Origin: Dicyema japonicum
Lineage: Eukaryota; Animalia; Dicyemida
Reading direction: 5' to 3'
Assembly: GCA_011109175.1 (NCBI GenBank)
Contig: RDEW01000030.1
Span: 552,094-616,093, forward strand
DNA length: 64,000 nucleotides
Of the stretch, positions 36,696 through 49,350 are shown in pieces. The notes below the pieces were generated by a model. It was not told the DNA's origin, did not search any database, and saw only the letters and a program-made list of their open reading frames with translations. The translations under genes and the position numbers were made by a program. The first letter of the stretch is position 1, and each line of letters starts with the position of its first letter.

Positions 36696-38070
36696 TTATT
36701 TATTTATTTATTTATTTAATAACCCCGAAAAGGGAACACCAAGAAAGAAGGAGTAATCCAACTAATTAAGTGATCCCGGTACGCCTCAACAGGATCGAGA
36801 GGTTTTTCCTGTGTTCCTCCAGAGTACCCACGGCTTTCCTGAATAGACGACGATCATCTTTCATTAGAGTTTGAAGAGGAGTGGGTTTTTTCCCCAAATT
36901 TCGTGTATTTGAGGCCTTTAGCCTTGAATGGAAGAAACGACTTGTTTCTTGGCCACACAGACAGATGAAGCCGGAGCCATTATTTTTGATTGCGGCGTGG
37001 TCAAGCATTGGAGGGAAAAGATCGGGGGTAGATTCGTTTGACGTGCTAGTTTTCCAATTAGGGTATTGATCTTGAGTGAATTTGATATCGAAGCTCCATA
37101 GGCCCATGAGGCACAAGCGTACTCAATCGTCGGTTTTAGGAGTTGATTGAACACGACGAGGGCGCATTCCTGTGAAGGTTTGGACTTCAAGAGCGGTTTG
37201 ATTATATTAAGTTTCCTGAGACCCTTTGTCATAACGTTCTTCACATGTTGAGAAAATGTCATCAAAGGGTCAAATGTCACTCCCAGGATAGTTGGACGAG
37301 TCTGTAGTGGTAAGGAGTCTCCAAAAATGTTCAAATCCAGTGTATGTTTTTCTTTTCTGTCCGTGGTGAAGATTGTATATGTTGATTTGTCCCTGGATAC
37401 GGAGAGACGATTCAACTTCAACCAGGCTCCCAGGTCGTCAATATGTGACTGAAGCTCTGATTTTGCTGTACCCACGTATTTGTTCCTGCTAGCGATGATT
37501 AGGTCGTCAGCATAAGTGAGAAGCATTGAATCTGGTCCTCCAGGGCAGGGTAAATCGTTGAGGAACAAGTTGAATAATGCCGGAGAGAGGGGCGATCCTT
37601 GAGGGACGCCATTTGGTAGGAGACGGGACCTCGATCTTGCGTGGCCTATACAGACACGTCCTCTTCTTCCGGAGAGAAAATTGGCTATCCATCTTTTCAA
37701 ATCCGTCTGAATGGTGGTGTCAAAAACCTTCTTCGTGAGTAATATTCTCGAGACAGAATCGAACGCCTTCTGGATATCCAGGGAAACCATTATTGTCCGT
37801 AGATGGCGTTTCGGTACGTTGAACCCTTCTGATATAAATTGAGACAGTGAAGTCAAATGTGTCGTAGTTGAACGCTCACATTTGAAACCATGTTGAAAGT
37901 GGCAGTCGGGCAAATGGGGTTTAATTTTCCAGAGTACGAGTTTCTCCATTAGGCGCGATAATGCGCACGTTAATGAAATTGGACGGTAGGAAGAAGGTGA
38001 GGTTTTCGGTTTTCCTGGTTTAAGGATCGGTATTATAAGTGAGTTCTTCCATTTGCATGGGATGACGTTC
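36696..38070 (-). mobile_element. 5'-truncated I-group/Ingi-Vingi-like LINE with 22-bp TSD
   Basis: 384-aa RT ORF (YRPISL, DIQKAFDSV, GVPQGSPLSP, YADD) and a (TAAA)n tail. AAAATTAAAAGAAATCAGGTTA occurs at 36674-36695 and 38071-38092. Confidence 0.92.
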
Positions 38071-39059
38071 AAAATTAAAAGAAATCAGGTTAGCCATTTA
38101 ATAAATAGTTTGAATTAATTTTTTATTTATAATTAATGAATTAGTTAAATGTTGTTCTTAAAATAGTTAAAAGAAAGTTATATTATGTAGTATATCTCTG
38201 TTTACCATGGAAACACGTAAAAAAACAGGTTGCTCATAGGCTTCAACACATAATACAATACTTTTATTTATGCAAATAAATTCATTGTTGAGATGAAATT
38301 TGGGAATTCTAAGTGACAATTACGAAAAACGCTGACGGATCACACTAAAAGAAAGCGAGAATTACTCGAAGCTGGAATCAATTAATTAGTTGGCTTTGAC
38401 AATTTTTTCTGGTGATCTGAGGTTTCTTAAATAAAGAATGCCTAATGCGGATCAAGGATGGGAAAGTATTTTTGCATTTTTGAGATACATAAATCCGATC
38501 TTTGGGACGAGAAAGTGATCTCCAAAAGAGAACTCCATCAATCAACCAATTTTATTTAAACTACTTGTTGCTTCACTCAGATTCGCTTTGGATATTTCAA
38601 AGAATGAAACAAACTCAGACTCATGTCTAAGTCGTGCTGACCTAGTTAATTTCCTTCTTAAAGAGACTTTCCCTTTTTAGGAGCCCTCATTCTAATGGAC
38701 TTGTGGAAGTGATTAGCAATCGTGGTTGAAATAATTAACTAGAACGAAAAATAACATGAATACAGGAAAGTGAATTTTAGAGGAGTATAGAGATCCATTA
38801 TGATCGTTAATTCCAGGATCATTTAATTAGCTTGGTTTAAAACCTTTTTTCTTTGTGATTTGGGGGTAAAATAAAATAAATGAATCGATGAGATAGATGG
38901 CAACCCAAATTTATAAACTAGCCGATGACGCAGTGTACAAGTGTCGGGCAAAGTCATGATACCCCTGGGTTCGAATTTTGCTGTTGTAGGTTTCGGCTCA
39001 TGGTTCCACGTATCTACAAAAAGGCTTAATTAAATTATTATTATTTTATACCTGTTGAG

Positions 39060-39490
39060 AGTCCCCCGTTTCCCAAGACATGCCTGTCTCAACGTGACGT
39101 TGAAAAATGCACTTTCATCTGCCGGATACCACTGCATTTTGGAGCCACTGATTTCACCCGAGAGTATGACAAACGCTCCGAGGGATGAAAACATTCCCTT
39201 TTGGAAATGGTCGGAACCTGGTTTGGGAGCTACGTGTTTTAAACTATTCAGTCTCGGACTTTAAACAAGCCGAAGATCAGAAAATAAGGAAGTAATAAAC
39301 ATTTCAGAGGATCACTTATTTGTCCAATTTGCTGTTGATACGTCAGGAATCCTTGGCCCACAAGCGGATAGTCTAATCCGTCGGATCAGCTTAATGATCC
39401 AAAGGGTAACAAGGATCCACGTGAGACTGGATGGCATCGAGAGCATATCTCGATAGCTATTGTCAGAGGAAACGGAATGCCAATTCCAAC
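39060..39490 (+). mobile_element. CRE-type RLE C-terminal remnant
   Basis: RHACLNVTLKNALSSAGYHCILEP..LFVQFAVDTSGILGPQA. Confidence 0.7.
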
Positions 39491-39688
39491 TCTCTACCTT
39501 AAAATTTATATAGTTGTTATCCCTCAACAATTTCGTGTTAAAATTTAGTTAAAAATACACGAATTCAGACAATGTCTCTTAGCAATCGTATGGATTATCA
39601 CCATTAATTATTAATTATATCTAATTTGGCAAGAATACATGGTTTCTGATCAATATTTGTATATTAATTATTTCCCTTACTATCGACG

Positions 39689-40201
39689 ATGAAAAATACT
39701 TCCAACATTGAAGAAATTAAGGATATCGAAGGTACTCAAATTATTCTCAAATTAGTTTTGAAAAATCATGAGTGGAATGCCGAAGACTTTGGGTGCAACC
39801 AAAAAGACGTCGAGGACCAGTATTTAATTGGCTACTTTCAAAATGGACAAATTAAGGCTGTATTTTACTTTTTAATTTAAGTATGCCTCGACTGGCTTAG
39901 TAAACAAAGGTATTTCTAGCTTCTATTTTAGAATATGCGAACATTGTGCAACTCTGCAGTTTGAAGAATTTGATGAAAAAATTTGTAATTATATTATTTA
40001 GTTAAGAAAATATATGACATGCTTATTAAGCATATTATAAATAAATACAAAATGTGTGCAAAAATTAATATGATCAAACTTCACTGCAGGAGTGGATTGA
40101 TCCCTGTTGTAACGAGAATTGGATTTGTTTATACTGGAGTTATGCTAGAATCCGAGAATTTTAAATATAAATACGAATTTGTCGTTAAAATTACAAAATA
40201 A
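39689..40201 (+). CDS. 148-aa protein, possibly a GNAT-fold acetyltransferase
   Basis: Three 22-nt GT-AG introns (39860-39881, 39910-39931, 39985-40006) join ORFs 39689 and 40019 into one frame. YLIGYF..IKAYA, MLIKHII and IKLHCRSGLIPVVTRIGF resemble GNAT strands and helices. Confidence 0.65.
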
Positions 40202-40309
40202 TGTTTTAATAACAAATATAATAATTTATCATTAAATCAAGACAGATTTTACTTTTCCCTAAACCTACGCGGCGAACTAAAAAATTAAATTTAATTCCAA
40301 CGACCACTG

Positions 40310-42500
40310 TTAAACCGAAAAACTAAACTAAGTGATCCCGACGAATTGGATCAAGGCTCTCATCTTTGCTCGGTGTTGATCGCTTGAGCTTACACAAGTT
40401 CGTTGTGGATGACACTTCTTTTTGGCATTGTGTTTATTTTTGTTTTTTTCGATTAGTTTCTCCATGGGCGTCGGTGATTTAATGTTTTCCTGTATACCAT
40501 CTCTCGGTTAGTTTGAAGGCCCTTTTCTGGGTTTCGCAGATTTTCTGGATGTTCGTATAAGAGGTCAGTGGTCCCCATGAAGTAAACGCATATGAAATTC
40601 ATGGTTCGATGTACTGTGAGTAGAGCGTTTTAAGTATAGGGTGATGTCCAATTTTCCATAGACATGTTAGGCATTTCAGAAGGTTGATTTTCTTCTCACA
40701 TTTGTTCAGCACGTAAGTGACGTGTCTCGTAAAGTTTATGTACGTATCGAAAGTTAGACCCAATATTTTTTGCCATTTGCTGAACGGGAATGCTCTTCCC
40801 TCCGCAGTAACTTTTATTGACCTGTTCGACAATTTTTTGTCCGAGGTAAAGTTGTAACGATTTTTCGGTATTGATTGATATCCGATTTTCATTAAACCAC
40901 TGGAGTAGTCGATCCATGTGGTGTTGTATTCTTTCCGTGGCTGATTGGGTGTTCTGATCCTGTGAGGCTAAGACGATATTGTCTGCATAAGCCAGAAGCA
41001 GGTCGTCTTCTCCATACGGCGTCGGAATGTCAGCTGTAAATAAATTGAATAGTAATGGTGATACGCGAGCCCTGGGGTACTCCATTTGAAATAAACGGGA
41101 GACAGAATGAATGTTTCCAATGCACACTCTACCTCTTCCGTCCACTAAGGAAGTTTGTCAGCCAGCGTTTGAGGTTTTCAGGGATATCTGATTTGTAGAT
41201 TTTCCATGTTAGGGTCTTCCTCGGCACAGAGTCGAAAGCTTTGTGGACGTCTAGTAAGCATAACACAGTTTCCTGGTTGTCTTGGTTTGTACAGAAATCC
41301 AGAGCGAACAAAGTTAGTCAAGGATGTGAGGAAACTTGTTGTGGACCGATCCTTTTTGAAACCATGCAGGAACGGTTTATCGGGAGGGTCCTCTCAGTAT
41401 TTTTGCGAGGATAAGCTTTTCCAGAATTTTTGACATGGAGCATAAGAGAGAAATAGACATGAAGGAAGCTGGGTCTTCTTTCGGTTTTCCTGGCTTCAAA
41501 TGTTTGCAAGTGTCAATATCGTTGGGATTGAGTTATAATTAATCGATCAGTTGTAGATGTTGGTCAGGGTACCGATTCCCTCATTGCTTAGGTTTTTCAG
41601 AAGAATTGTGGGAATTCTGTCTGTACCATGTGAATATGTTACTTTTGTTTGGCTTAGGCATGCCATTACCTCCTTTACCGTGAAATAAGTTAATTGATCC
41701 CTTTTCGATTTTCTTAGCGGCGGTTTGGGTGGTCAGTCCTCATGTGGTTTTTTTAGAGATTTTCGCGTAGTATTTTATTAGGGCGTTTAGGTCCTTTTGG
41801 CTGAATTCGTCATTTCCGGTGTCCCTTCATCCACTTTCGAGATATTTCGAATAGTCTTCCAGAATTCGGATGTTGACTGGTTACGATTTAATGACGTAAG
41901 GACCATCTTCCATTTAGCTCTCTGTATTTTGAATTCATTGGCTTTTATTTCCTCGTTCAGCAGAACGATCTTTTCAGAAGAACGGATCCCTGCTTTTTTG
42001 AGACGGTTTCGTTCCTTGACCAGAGCCTTCCTTCCGTACTTTCTCGTGTAAACGACATATCTTTTAGGGACAGCCATTGTTCTAGCTTCCAGGATGACTT
42101 TGTTGACGTATGCAACCACTATATCAAGGGAGGTAAAGTTTTCCAGCTGTATATAAGCCAAACGTTGATCCGTAACTGATCGGAATAATTGTCAATTTGC
42201 AAGATTGTATATATGCATTTCTTCTTCCACTGGTAATTACGCTTTGATTTTTAGCAGAATAGGGTTATGGTCACTTCGGGTGTCGTGGATTACGGACCAA
42301 TTAATCGTTGTTGAAAGCTGTGGTGAACAGAGTGTGATATCTGGGGAGGTTGGATTGTCAGAGTTCCTTTGAGGTGTTCTTGTGTTTTTTGATGGGTCAT
42401 TGATGATTGTCAGATTGCCAGACTGCGACAACAGCAAATTTACTCTTGTATCTGCAGACTGATTTAACACTCAGAGAGGGTGTTCAAATCGCCGCATATC
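40310..42500 (-). mobile_element. Degraded I-group/Ingi-Vingi-like LINE (APE end, linker, RT, 3' tail)
   Basis: TSPDITL..WSV..RSDHNPI, LIKYYAKIS, DVHKAFDSV, LLAYADNIV, ILGLTFD; GGGATCACTTAGTTTAG tail. Confidence 0.85.
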
Positions 42501-42600
42501 ACAAACTGAGGAAATTTGTTATTCGTTGTCATTTGACTGAATTTTAAAATTACAATATTCTTTTCATTTTCATAAATTTATTTTATTTTCTATTATTAAT

Positions 42601-42808
42601 TTATTAACCCAGGCTTACAATTTTTGGTAAGTCCAGGACAAACAGTCACAACTATTAATTCACGAAAGGAACCCAAGAGAGAACGTCTACTTGCACCGAC
42701 CAAATTGATCCTCCAATAATCCATTATAGGCTTCCTCTCTGGAGTGGTGGAGAAGTAGATCCACCTCTTCCATTGTCATCGCACGTCCTACTGTCGCGAC
42801 ATAATTTC
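42601..42808 (-). repeat. SINE-like family B, 3' part
   Basis: Reverse complement aligns with 48890-49103 (GTAGACGTTCTC.CTTGGGTTCC..GACTGTTTGT..CTTACCAAA). Confidence 0.8.
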
Positions 42809-43139
42809 ATTCTTTAGAAGAGTTTTCATTATGGAAAATCTTCGGCAACCGATTATAACTTATACGAATCCTTAATTATGGATCTTTGAAGAAGTCTCGA
42901 AGATATCTCCATTCTAAACAAATTCTGACTTACAGTAAAATCAATTAAAAAACAGTTTGTGTGTTTCTTCAACTAGAGTGTTGAGAAAATATGGATTGGG
43001 TAAATAAAATTGATCTTTATGTTTAAAACCCTTTTGGAAGTTCCAATTAAAAAGTCAGAAACTTATACTTCTTAGAAATATCCAATACAAACTAATATAC
43101 TGGAATCAATAATTGATTTCTTCTAAGATTCTCAAAATT

Positions 43140-45976
43140 TTTGGTTGAGGTGGTGACGTCCCTCTTGAAAAGTATGTCTGAAAAACACGAAAATATCAAC
43201 CTAAATGACTTCTCTCTTTTAACGTTCAATGTCAGAGGACTCTCTAGTGCATGGAAAAGAAAAGAACTTTGTGAAGACCTTTCAAAATACAAAATATCAA
43301 TCGGATGTCTCCAAGAGACAAAAATATCGAAGGAGTTTGAAGAACAACACGGAAAGTTTCAGTTAATCTTTCTCTCTGGGGATCAAAACATTACGGAATA
43401 TGATTCGCTGTAAGAAAGGACTTAGTCCAGCGCATATACCGTCACTTGACTATCAACGAAAAGATTGGGATTTTACAAATAACATTGGACGATCATAATT
43501 CTCCGAAGAATTATCTAACTATTATTAACACATATGCTCCACATAGTGGATGGATCAAAAAGAAACCCGAGGAGATTGACGACTTTTATGCAAATCTGTC
43601 TGATGTTTATTCCAATTATGAAAATTCCACATTAATATTGATTCCCGGTGATCTTAATGCAAAAGTTGGAAATCGAATCACTATAGAAGAATCATTCATT
43701 GGAAGACATGGAAGGGGAAAAAGGAACATTGCAGGAACCTTGTTAGCTAGCTTTTGTCAAGCAAATAACCTATTCCTTTGTAACACGGCCTTTATGCACT
43801 CGGCAAGACACAGGACAACTTGGTCAGGCAATAGAACTAAGTCTGACGGAAGCATTGCGAAAATCTACAATCAAATAGACTACATTATTTGCAGACAAAA
43901 AGACCGCAGTATTGTCACTGATGCCCGTGCTTATGGAGGGTCTATAATTGACAGCGATCACAAGATGGTTATTGCCAAAATGTCCTTAAAGAAACTTATG
44001 GGTTTGCAAGGGATGAAAAGAAAGTGCAATGAACACACGGAACTGCGGGGAAGGGATACGTTATAGACCATCTAAAGAACAATACTATCCAGGGAGAGGA
44101 ATTCAGAAAATACCTCGATGAGGGATTGGAAGTAATATCAGTAGATTTGGCACCGCAAATTGCGTGGACCTTGGTCAAACAGAAGATCATGATTGCTGCG
44201 GATATATACCTGAAAGAGGACTACGTAACTAAAATACCCACTGAAGAAGCAACCGCTTTGAAACTCCTTGCAAATCAACAAAAGGCGATATGGATACAAT
44301 GTCCAAATACAGATGACAAAAATACGAAACAGCGGCTACAAAAGGAAAGAACAGTCATCAAAAAGAAAATAAGAAAAGCTGATATTAAAGAACGAAACAA
44401 TAACAAAAATAGAGAAAATCGAAGGCCATAAAGACAATGCGAAGTTTTATGAAGCTGTCGGACAAATCTGAAAACTACCAAAGAAAACACTGACTTTACG
44501 AGATGAAGAAGAAAAACATATTGCTAACCAACAAGAAATTGCAGAACTTATAGCGGATTATTTTGAAGCACTATTCGTATCAAAAAATAGCAAAAAACTC
44601 ACCATTAACACGGATAAGGGAAAATTAGACGAAGAAATAACTTTGGAAGAAGTGATGACAGCAAGTTACAAACTGAAGGACAATAAGAGTCCCGGCCCAG
44701 ATGGCTTAATTGGTGAATTTTTCAAATATGGAACTCAAAAGCTATATATGATAATTGTTTGGATTCTAAACGAAACGTATATTAAAGTTGCCACTTTGCC
44801 ACTTTGAGAAGGACTATTTATACCAGTACAGAAGTCAAACAAAAAATCGGGGAAAGTTGAGAACCTAAGACCAGTGGTCTTAACCAACACATTACGGAAG
44901 ATACTAGACAATATTACGCTTTAAAGAATGGAGGGACGCCTAGACTAATACCTGTCGGCTTATCAAAGTGGCTTCCGCAAAGAAAGATTAACGTCAGATG
45001 TTATGTGGTGCCACAAATAGAGATGTGCACTGTTCAAAAATTTAAAATAACGACAACCATTCTGGGGATTGATATGTCAAAGGCGTTTGATTCCGTCAAC
45101 AGGAACAAACTGCTGCAAATTCTGGAGCACTTCTTGAAGACTCAACGATTAGGATGGTAAAGACACTCTCGACGGACACGAGTTTGATGGTCAGGACTGG
45201 GAAAGCTTTATCGAGGACATTTGAAACGACAATTGGTACCCCTCAAGGAGATCCATTATCCCCGATTTTGTTCATTATTTATCTGGAGGCAGCTCTACGA
45301 GACTTGAAGCCTCATATCAGAGAAGGCGTAGATCAAAAAAACTAGGATCACTTCTCGGTGACACAGAAGATATAACACGAAGGAAGACACTAACTAATGT
45401 CGCTTTCAACAAAATGAAGAAGACCTGGCTTCTGCACAAAGGGCTTGACCCTAAAACTCGAATGAGACTATACAATACCCTAGTGAGGCCAATCCTATTA
45501 TATAATGCCGGTACATGGGCATGTACAGGGCAGGAACTCGAAAAGTTGAATTCTTTTCACAGAAATCGTCTCCGAGCACTCCTTTTTTTCTCGAAGCTTT
45601 TTCAAAATGCCGTTCGAAATCTTATACAAGAGAACAGGAACAAAGCCAATATCATGTGATATTACTGATTCAAGATGGAGGCTCTTTGGACACATACTCC
45701 GCCACGATATGGGGACCCCTGCCAACATAGCAATGGAGGAGTATTTTGTTTTAGAAGCTTCTCGTTTCCGCAGCCGGCCGAGGACACACTGCCGGTTATT
45801 CGATGAAGATCTCAAGAGGATTGGAAAGTGCCTTAAAGATGGGGACGATCTAGATATGCTACGGAACATGGCAACGGATCGAAAAAGATGGGGGACGTTA
45901 ATTAGATTGTTAGCTTTTCGTGTTGCACATGCTTTGTCATGATCTTGGCATCGCGTACGTGCCTATAATAATAATA
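43140..45976 (+). mobile_element. Near full-length RTE LINE (APE+RT), frameshifted, 12-bp TSD
   Basis: TFNVRGL..CLQETK, YAPH, GDLNAKVG, NQIDYII, SDHKMV, GIDMSKAFDSV, GTPQGDPLSP, RWRLFGHILR and a (TAA)n tail. ATTCTCAAAATT occurs at 43128-43139 and 45977-45988. Confidence 0.9.
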
Positions 45977-46083
45977 ATTCTCAAAATTATCTTTCATTGA
46001 TGAAAATTGCTCTCAAAATTATTTCTGGTCATCAAAACTTTAGATTTCCATTTAAATTGGTACAAAAAAATTTTAGTTAATTT

Positions 46084-46250
46084 ATTAACCCCGGATATAC
46101 CGAGAAAGAAGTTAAGGTAAACAACTAATTAAGTGTATCCAGTTTCCACTTCTACAAAAACAGAGTCATCCGGAATCAACATAAAGAAAAAAGACGCCCA
46201 TACTTGCAGTTGTGGAAACCCCTCCAGTGGAGTGGGAGAAGATAATCCTC
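46084..46250 (-). repeat. Family A SINE, 3' portion
   Basis: Close match to 13910-14063 and 53003-53160. Confidence 0.85.
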
Positions 46251-46254
46251 ATCC

Positions 46255-46655
46255 ATGGAATTAACTTTGATCCGTTTGTGTGATTCACACATCATGTAGA
46301 CCTGTTAGCTTCAAGGATTCAAAAGAAGATAAGGATGCTGAAGGTTTTTTCGCACTTTCTAGTATTTTTCATCAATTACTTTGAACTTTTATATAGCATC
46401 AAGCATGCTTCTGCAAAGAATGAATTGCTCCGCCCATGCTGTCAGCTGAAAACAAACTTGAAGCGACACAGAACTGATGCCTGAGTCTTTTTGTGAGGCC
46501 TGAACCAGACGCCTACTTCATACCTGGAATCTAGCCATGAAATGAAAATTTCTTCTTATGGGGATTAACCAAGGATTCCAAAATTACAAGGGCATCGGAT
46601 CACTTAATTAGAGGATAATCTTTTCTTGTCTTTAGGGGGTTAATGAATAAATAAT
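46255..46655 (+). mobile_element. Short internally deleted Vingi-like LINE shard with 3' tail
   Basis: GI.FDPF..KIRMLK-like segment followed by GGATCACTTAATTAG..GGGGGTTAAT tail. Confidence 0.5.
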
Positions 46656-46676
46656 AATTCACATCAGAATATGGTT

Positions 46677-46850
46677 CCCTTGCGCCTGCGACGCTGGAAT
46701 CGGCTAGGGAATCAGATTTCTAGACAAACAGAAGATCCCCGTGAGTACTTCTGGCTATTTGAGCGAATCTAGCTCACCATCCTGAAAGGGAATACCCACG
46801 CAGTCATGGATGCCACTGTATGACTGTTTCTTTACTTTATTTTGCTTTAA
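46677..46850 (+). repeat. Structured short repeat, family C, copy 1
   Basis: Core 46723-46830 aligns with 49235-49350. Confidence 0.75.
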
Positions 46851-47564
46851 CACTAAATAAATTGGATTTATGGGAGTGGTTTAACACCATTTTAACGAAA
46901 CGCATCCTTATCAAGCATCACTTCCATATCTGCCTTTGTGGGAACTCATTTGAGTAGAGAAGAGCGAGATCATGTTTAGATGCTGGTCAGGCACAGAGCG
47001 TCACCTTAGAAAATCAGATCACATAACACCCCTTAGGAATTGAAGTGGACAAAGACCAGAAAGGAATCCTTCTGGCATCTAGATAGTAGCGTTCTGGGAA
47101 CCGATTCCACATCCAATCGCGACATGAGCTAAAACTAATTATCACGTGATCCGATGCGTTCAATTAAAGTCCTCCCTTGTGCCCGCTCATGACCTTATTG
47201 GGCGGCTGACTTAATTTTTAGGGCCGCATTCCGGAGTCGCATAAGATCCTCAAGGGGAGTCAGCCAGGTTCGATGTTCCCTACAAATCCACAAATCTGGA
47301 ACTTTGAAAGTCTTTTTTGCATTTCCTCGATCTTCCTCATATTTGTCCAAAATATGGACAGTCCCCAAGAGGCGCATGCATATGAGAAACATGGCTCGAC
47401 GTTCATCAGGACTGGGTGATTATAGATCTTCATATTCCCGAAAAAACAATATTAGTAGATTTGATAAAATAAAATTAATAAATTTACCAAAAATATTTTA
47501 AAATTATTGGCCTACAATAATAATCAATAAAAGAATTAATGTATTTTATCACTGGCAGTCTATA

Positions 47565-48466
47565 ATGGTTAATTACTTTCAATAAATTGAAAGAGCACAA
47601 GGGACTCTTCATGTGGGACTTCATCTCAATTATCACCTATGAGTAGGAAAAACTTAATTACATGGCTTAACTGGATCCTCAAATCAAGTTATGAACAACT
47701 TGAAGATTTATATACGGGTTTTTGTTTTGTTTTAAGACTTGTTAGGAGCTGCTTATTGCAATTACTACACAGAGCATACCCAAGTAAATAATTAGGACGT
47801 GATTTAGGATGTTGTGCCTATCAAACGAGTGGCTTTTCCACAACAAAAGACTTCGAATATTCCTCAAATTATAATATTTAAAAAATGGGTTTAAAAATTT
47901 AAAGATTGATAAAGTCATATTTACCACTAATTTTTAGTCCATAGATTCCGCAGATTATCAGATGGGTGTTACCAAGATCATTTGAGCCTCCTTCAGTGGT
48001 TTCAAGCAAATATTTGACAGTCTCGGCATTCATAAGTGATGAGGACTACGATGCTCTTGTAGTTCGGGGACACCAATATCTTGGCTCTCCACCAAGTCTG
48101 TTTAACATTTCGATTAGAAGACAAGAAGGGATCTTCCAAAATGTTGAATAAAAAAAGTCTGTTGAATCGAAGACAAAAACGAGTACTCAATCGTCAAAAG
48201 CTTTGAGGAGCATAAACTGCAGCTAAAAGTAAACGAACTGACAGAACAGGTTGGCTTCTCTCTAAACTTTTCCAAAGATGGAGAAAATGTACAAAGAGGG
48301 TTGTCTGGTTGAGGACGAAAGGGACTTTTATTACCAGAAACTGAAATCCATCGAGAGACTATGCCACCAAGTTTTGTCAAGCAGTATAATCAACCCAAAC
48401 TTTCTGTTGACAGAACTCTATGAAATTTTATATGAAAATCAACTATCGGATCAAGGAGACGAGTGA
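47565..48466 (+). pseudogene. MAPRE1: EB1/MAPRE microtubule plus-end protein; about six single-base indels as written
   Basis: MSRKNLITWLN, GAAYC, IDK, QDHLSLLQWF and DYDA in the CH domain; ERDFYYQKLKSIERLC..ILYE in the EB-homology domain. ATG is followed directly by a 26-nt intron. It may be an intact gene with assembly errors. Confidence 0.8.
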
Positions 48467-48776
48467 GGTGACTGTTAGTTTATATTCTGTCCTTTTTTAA
48501 AGTTATGGTCTATGGTCATCATTGCTGGATAATTTTAAATACCACTGGCAATAAACCACAGTCATATCTAATCATATATGATAAGATGATCCCGGTTCCT
48601 CTTATCACCCTCGCTATTTTCATCCTGTGCTCATAGACGGATCTTGACGCATCACTTCCGCGTTCACCTAATTAGTTCGGTTATCATGCGATAAGAGCCG
48701 TTTTTAAGTTTTTTATATTAAAATCTATGTTCCCCACGAGTTATCTACTGAAAACTTCTTTATTTTTACTTCAACA

Positions 48777-49103
48777 GATCCCACCCGTGAGGCGACGAGT
48801 CAGAGTCGAAAGGGATCCTCCTACTTTCTCCTTGACCGAATCCACTGGTTAAGATTTTCCGCTATGAAAACTTTTCCTGTAAAGAATGAAGTAATGTCTG
48901 CGACGGTAGGACGTGCGATGAAAATGGAGGAGGACGGACCTACTTCTCTACCTCTTTTTGGAAGCAGAAGCCTGTAATGGACTGTTGGAAGGTGGATTTA
49001 GTCAGCACAAGTAGACGTTCTCCCTTGGGTTCCTTCCTTGAGTTAATTAGTTATGACTGTTTGTGCCGGGCTTACCAAAGAGTATAACCTTGGAGTTAAA
49101 AAT
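48777..49103 (+). repeat. SINE-like family B with structured head
   Basis: Body matches 42601-42808. Head GATCCCACCCGTGAGGCGACG..CGAAAGGGATC. Confidence 0.75.
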
Positions 49104-49234
49104 AATTATATTTATTTAAATTTTAAGTAAAAGTAATTATTTTATAACGCCCGTCTAACTCAATCTTCTTTTTGAGGCAACATCTACATTATAAAAATAT
49201 TACATATTTTAACTAATGAGGCTCGCTTAACGCT

Positions 49235-49350
49235 ACACGAACAGGAGACCCTCGTAAGCGCTGCTGGTTATTTGAGCGAATCTCGCTCGTTATCCTGAGA
49301 GGGAATACCCACGCAGTCAGCCGCTATATAACCGTTTACTCGTTACTCTC
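49235..49350 (+). repeat. Family C repeat, copy 2
   Basis: Shares TATTTGAGCGAATCT.GCTC..ATCCTGA.AGGGAATACCCACGCAGTCA with 46723-46830. Confidence 0.75.
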
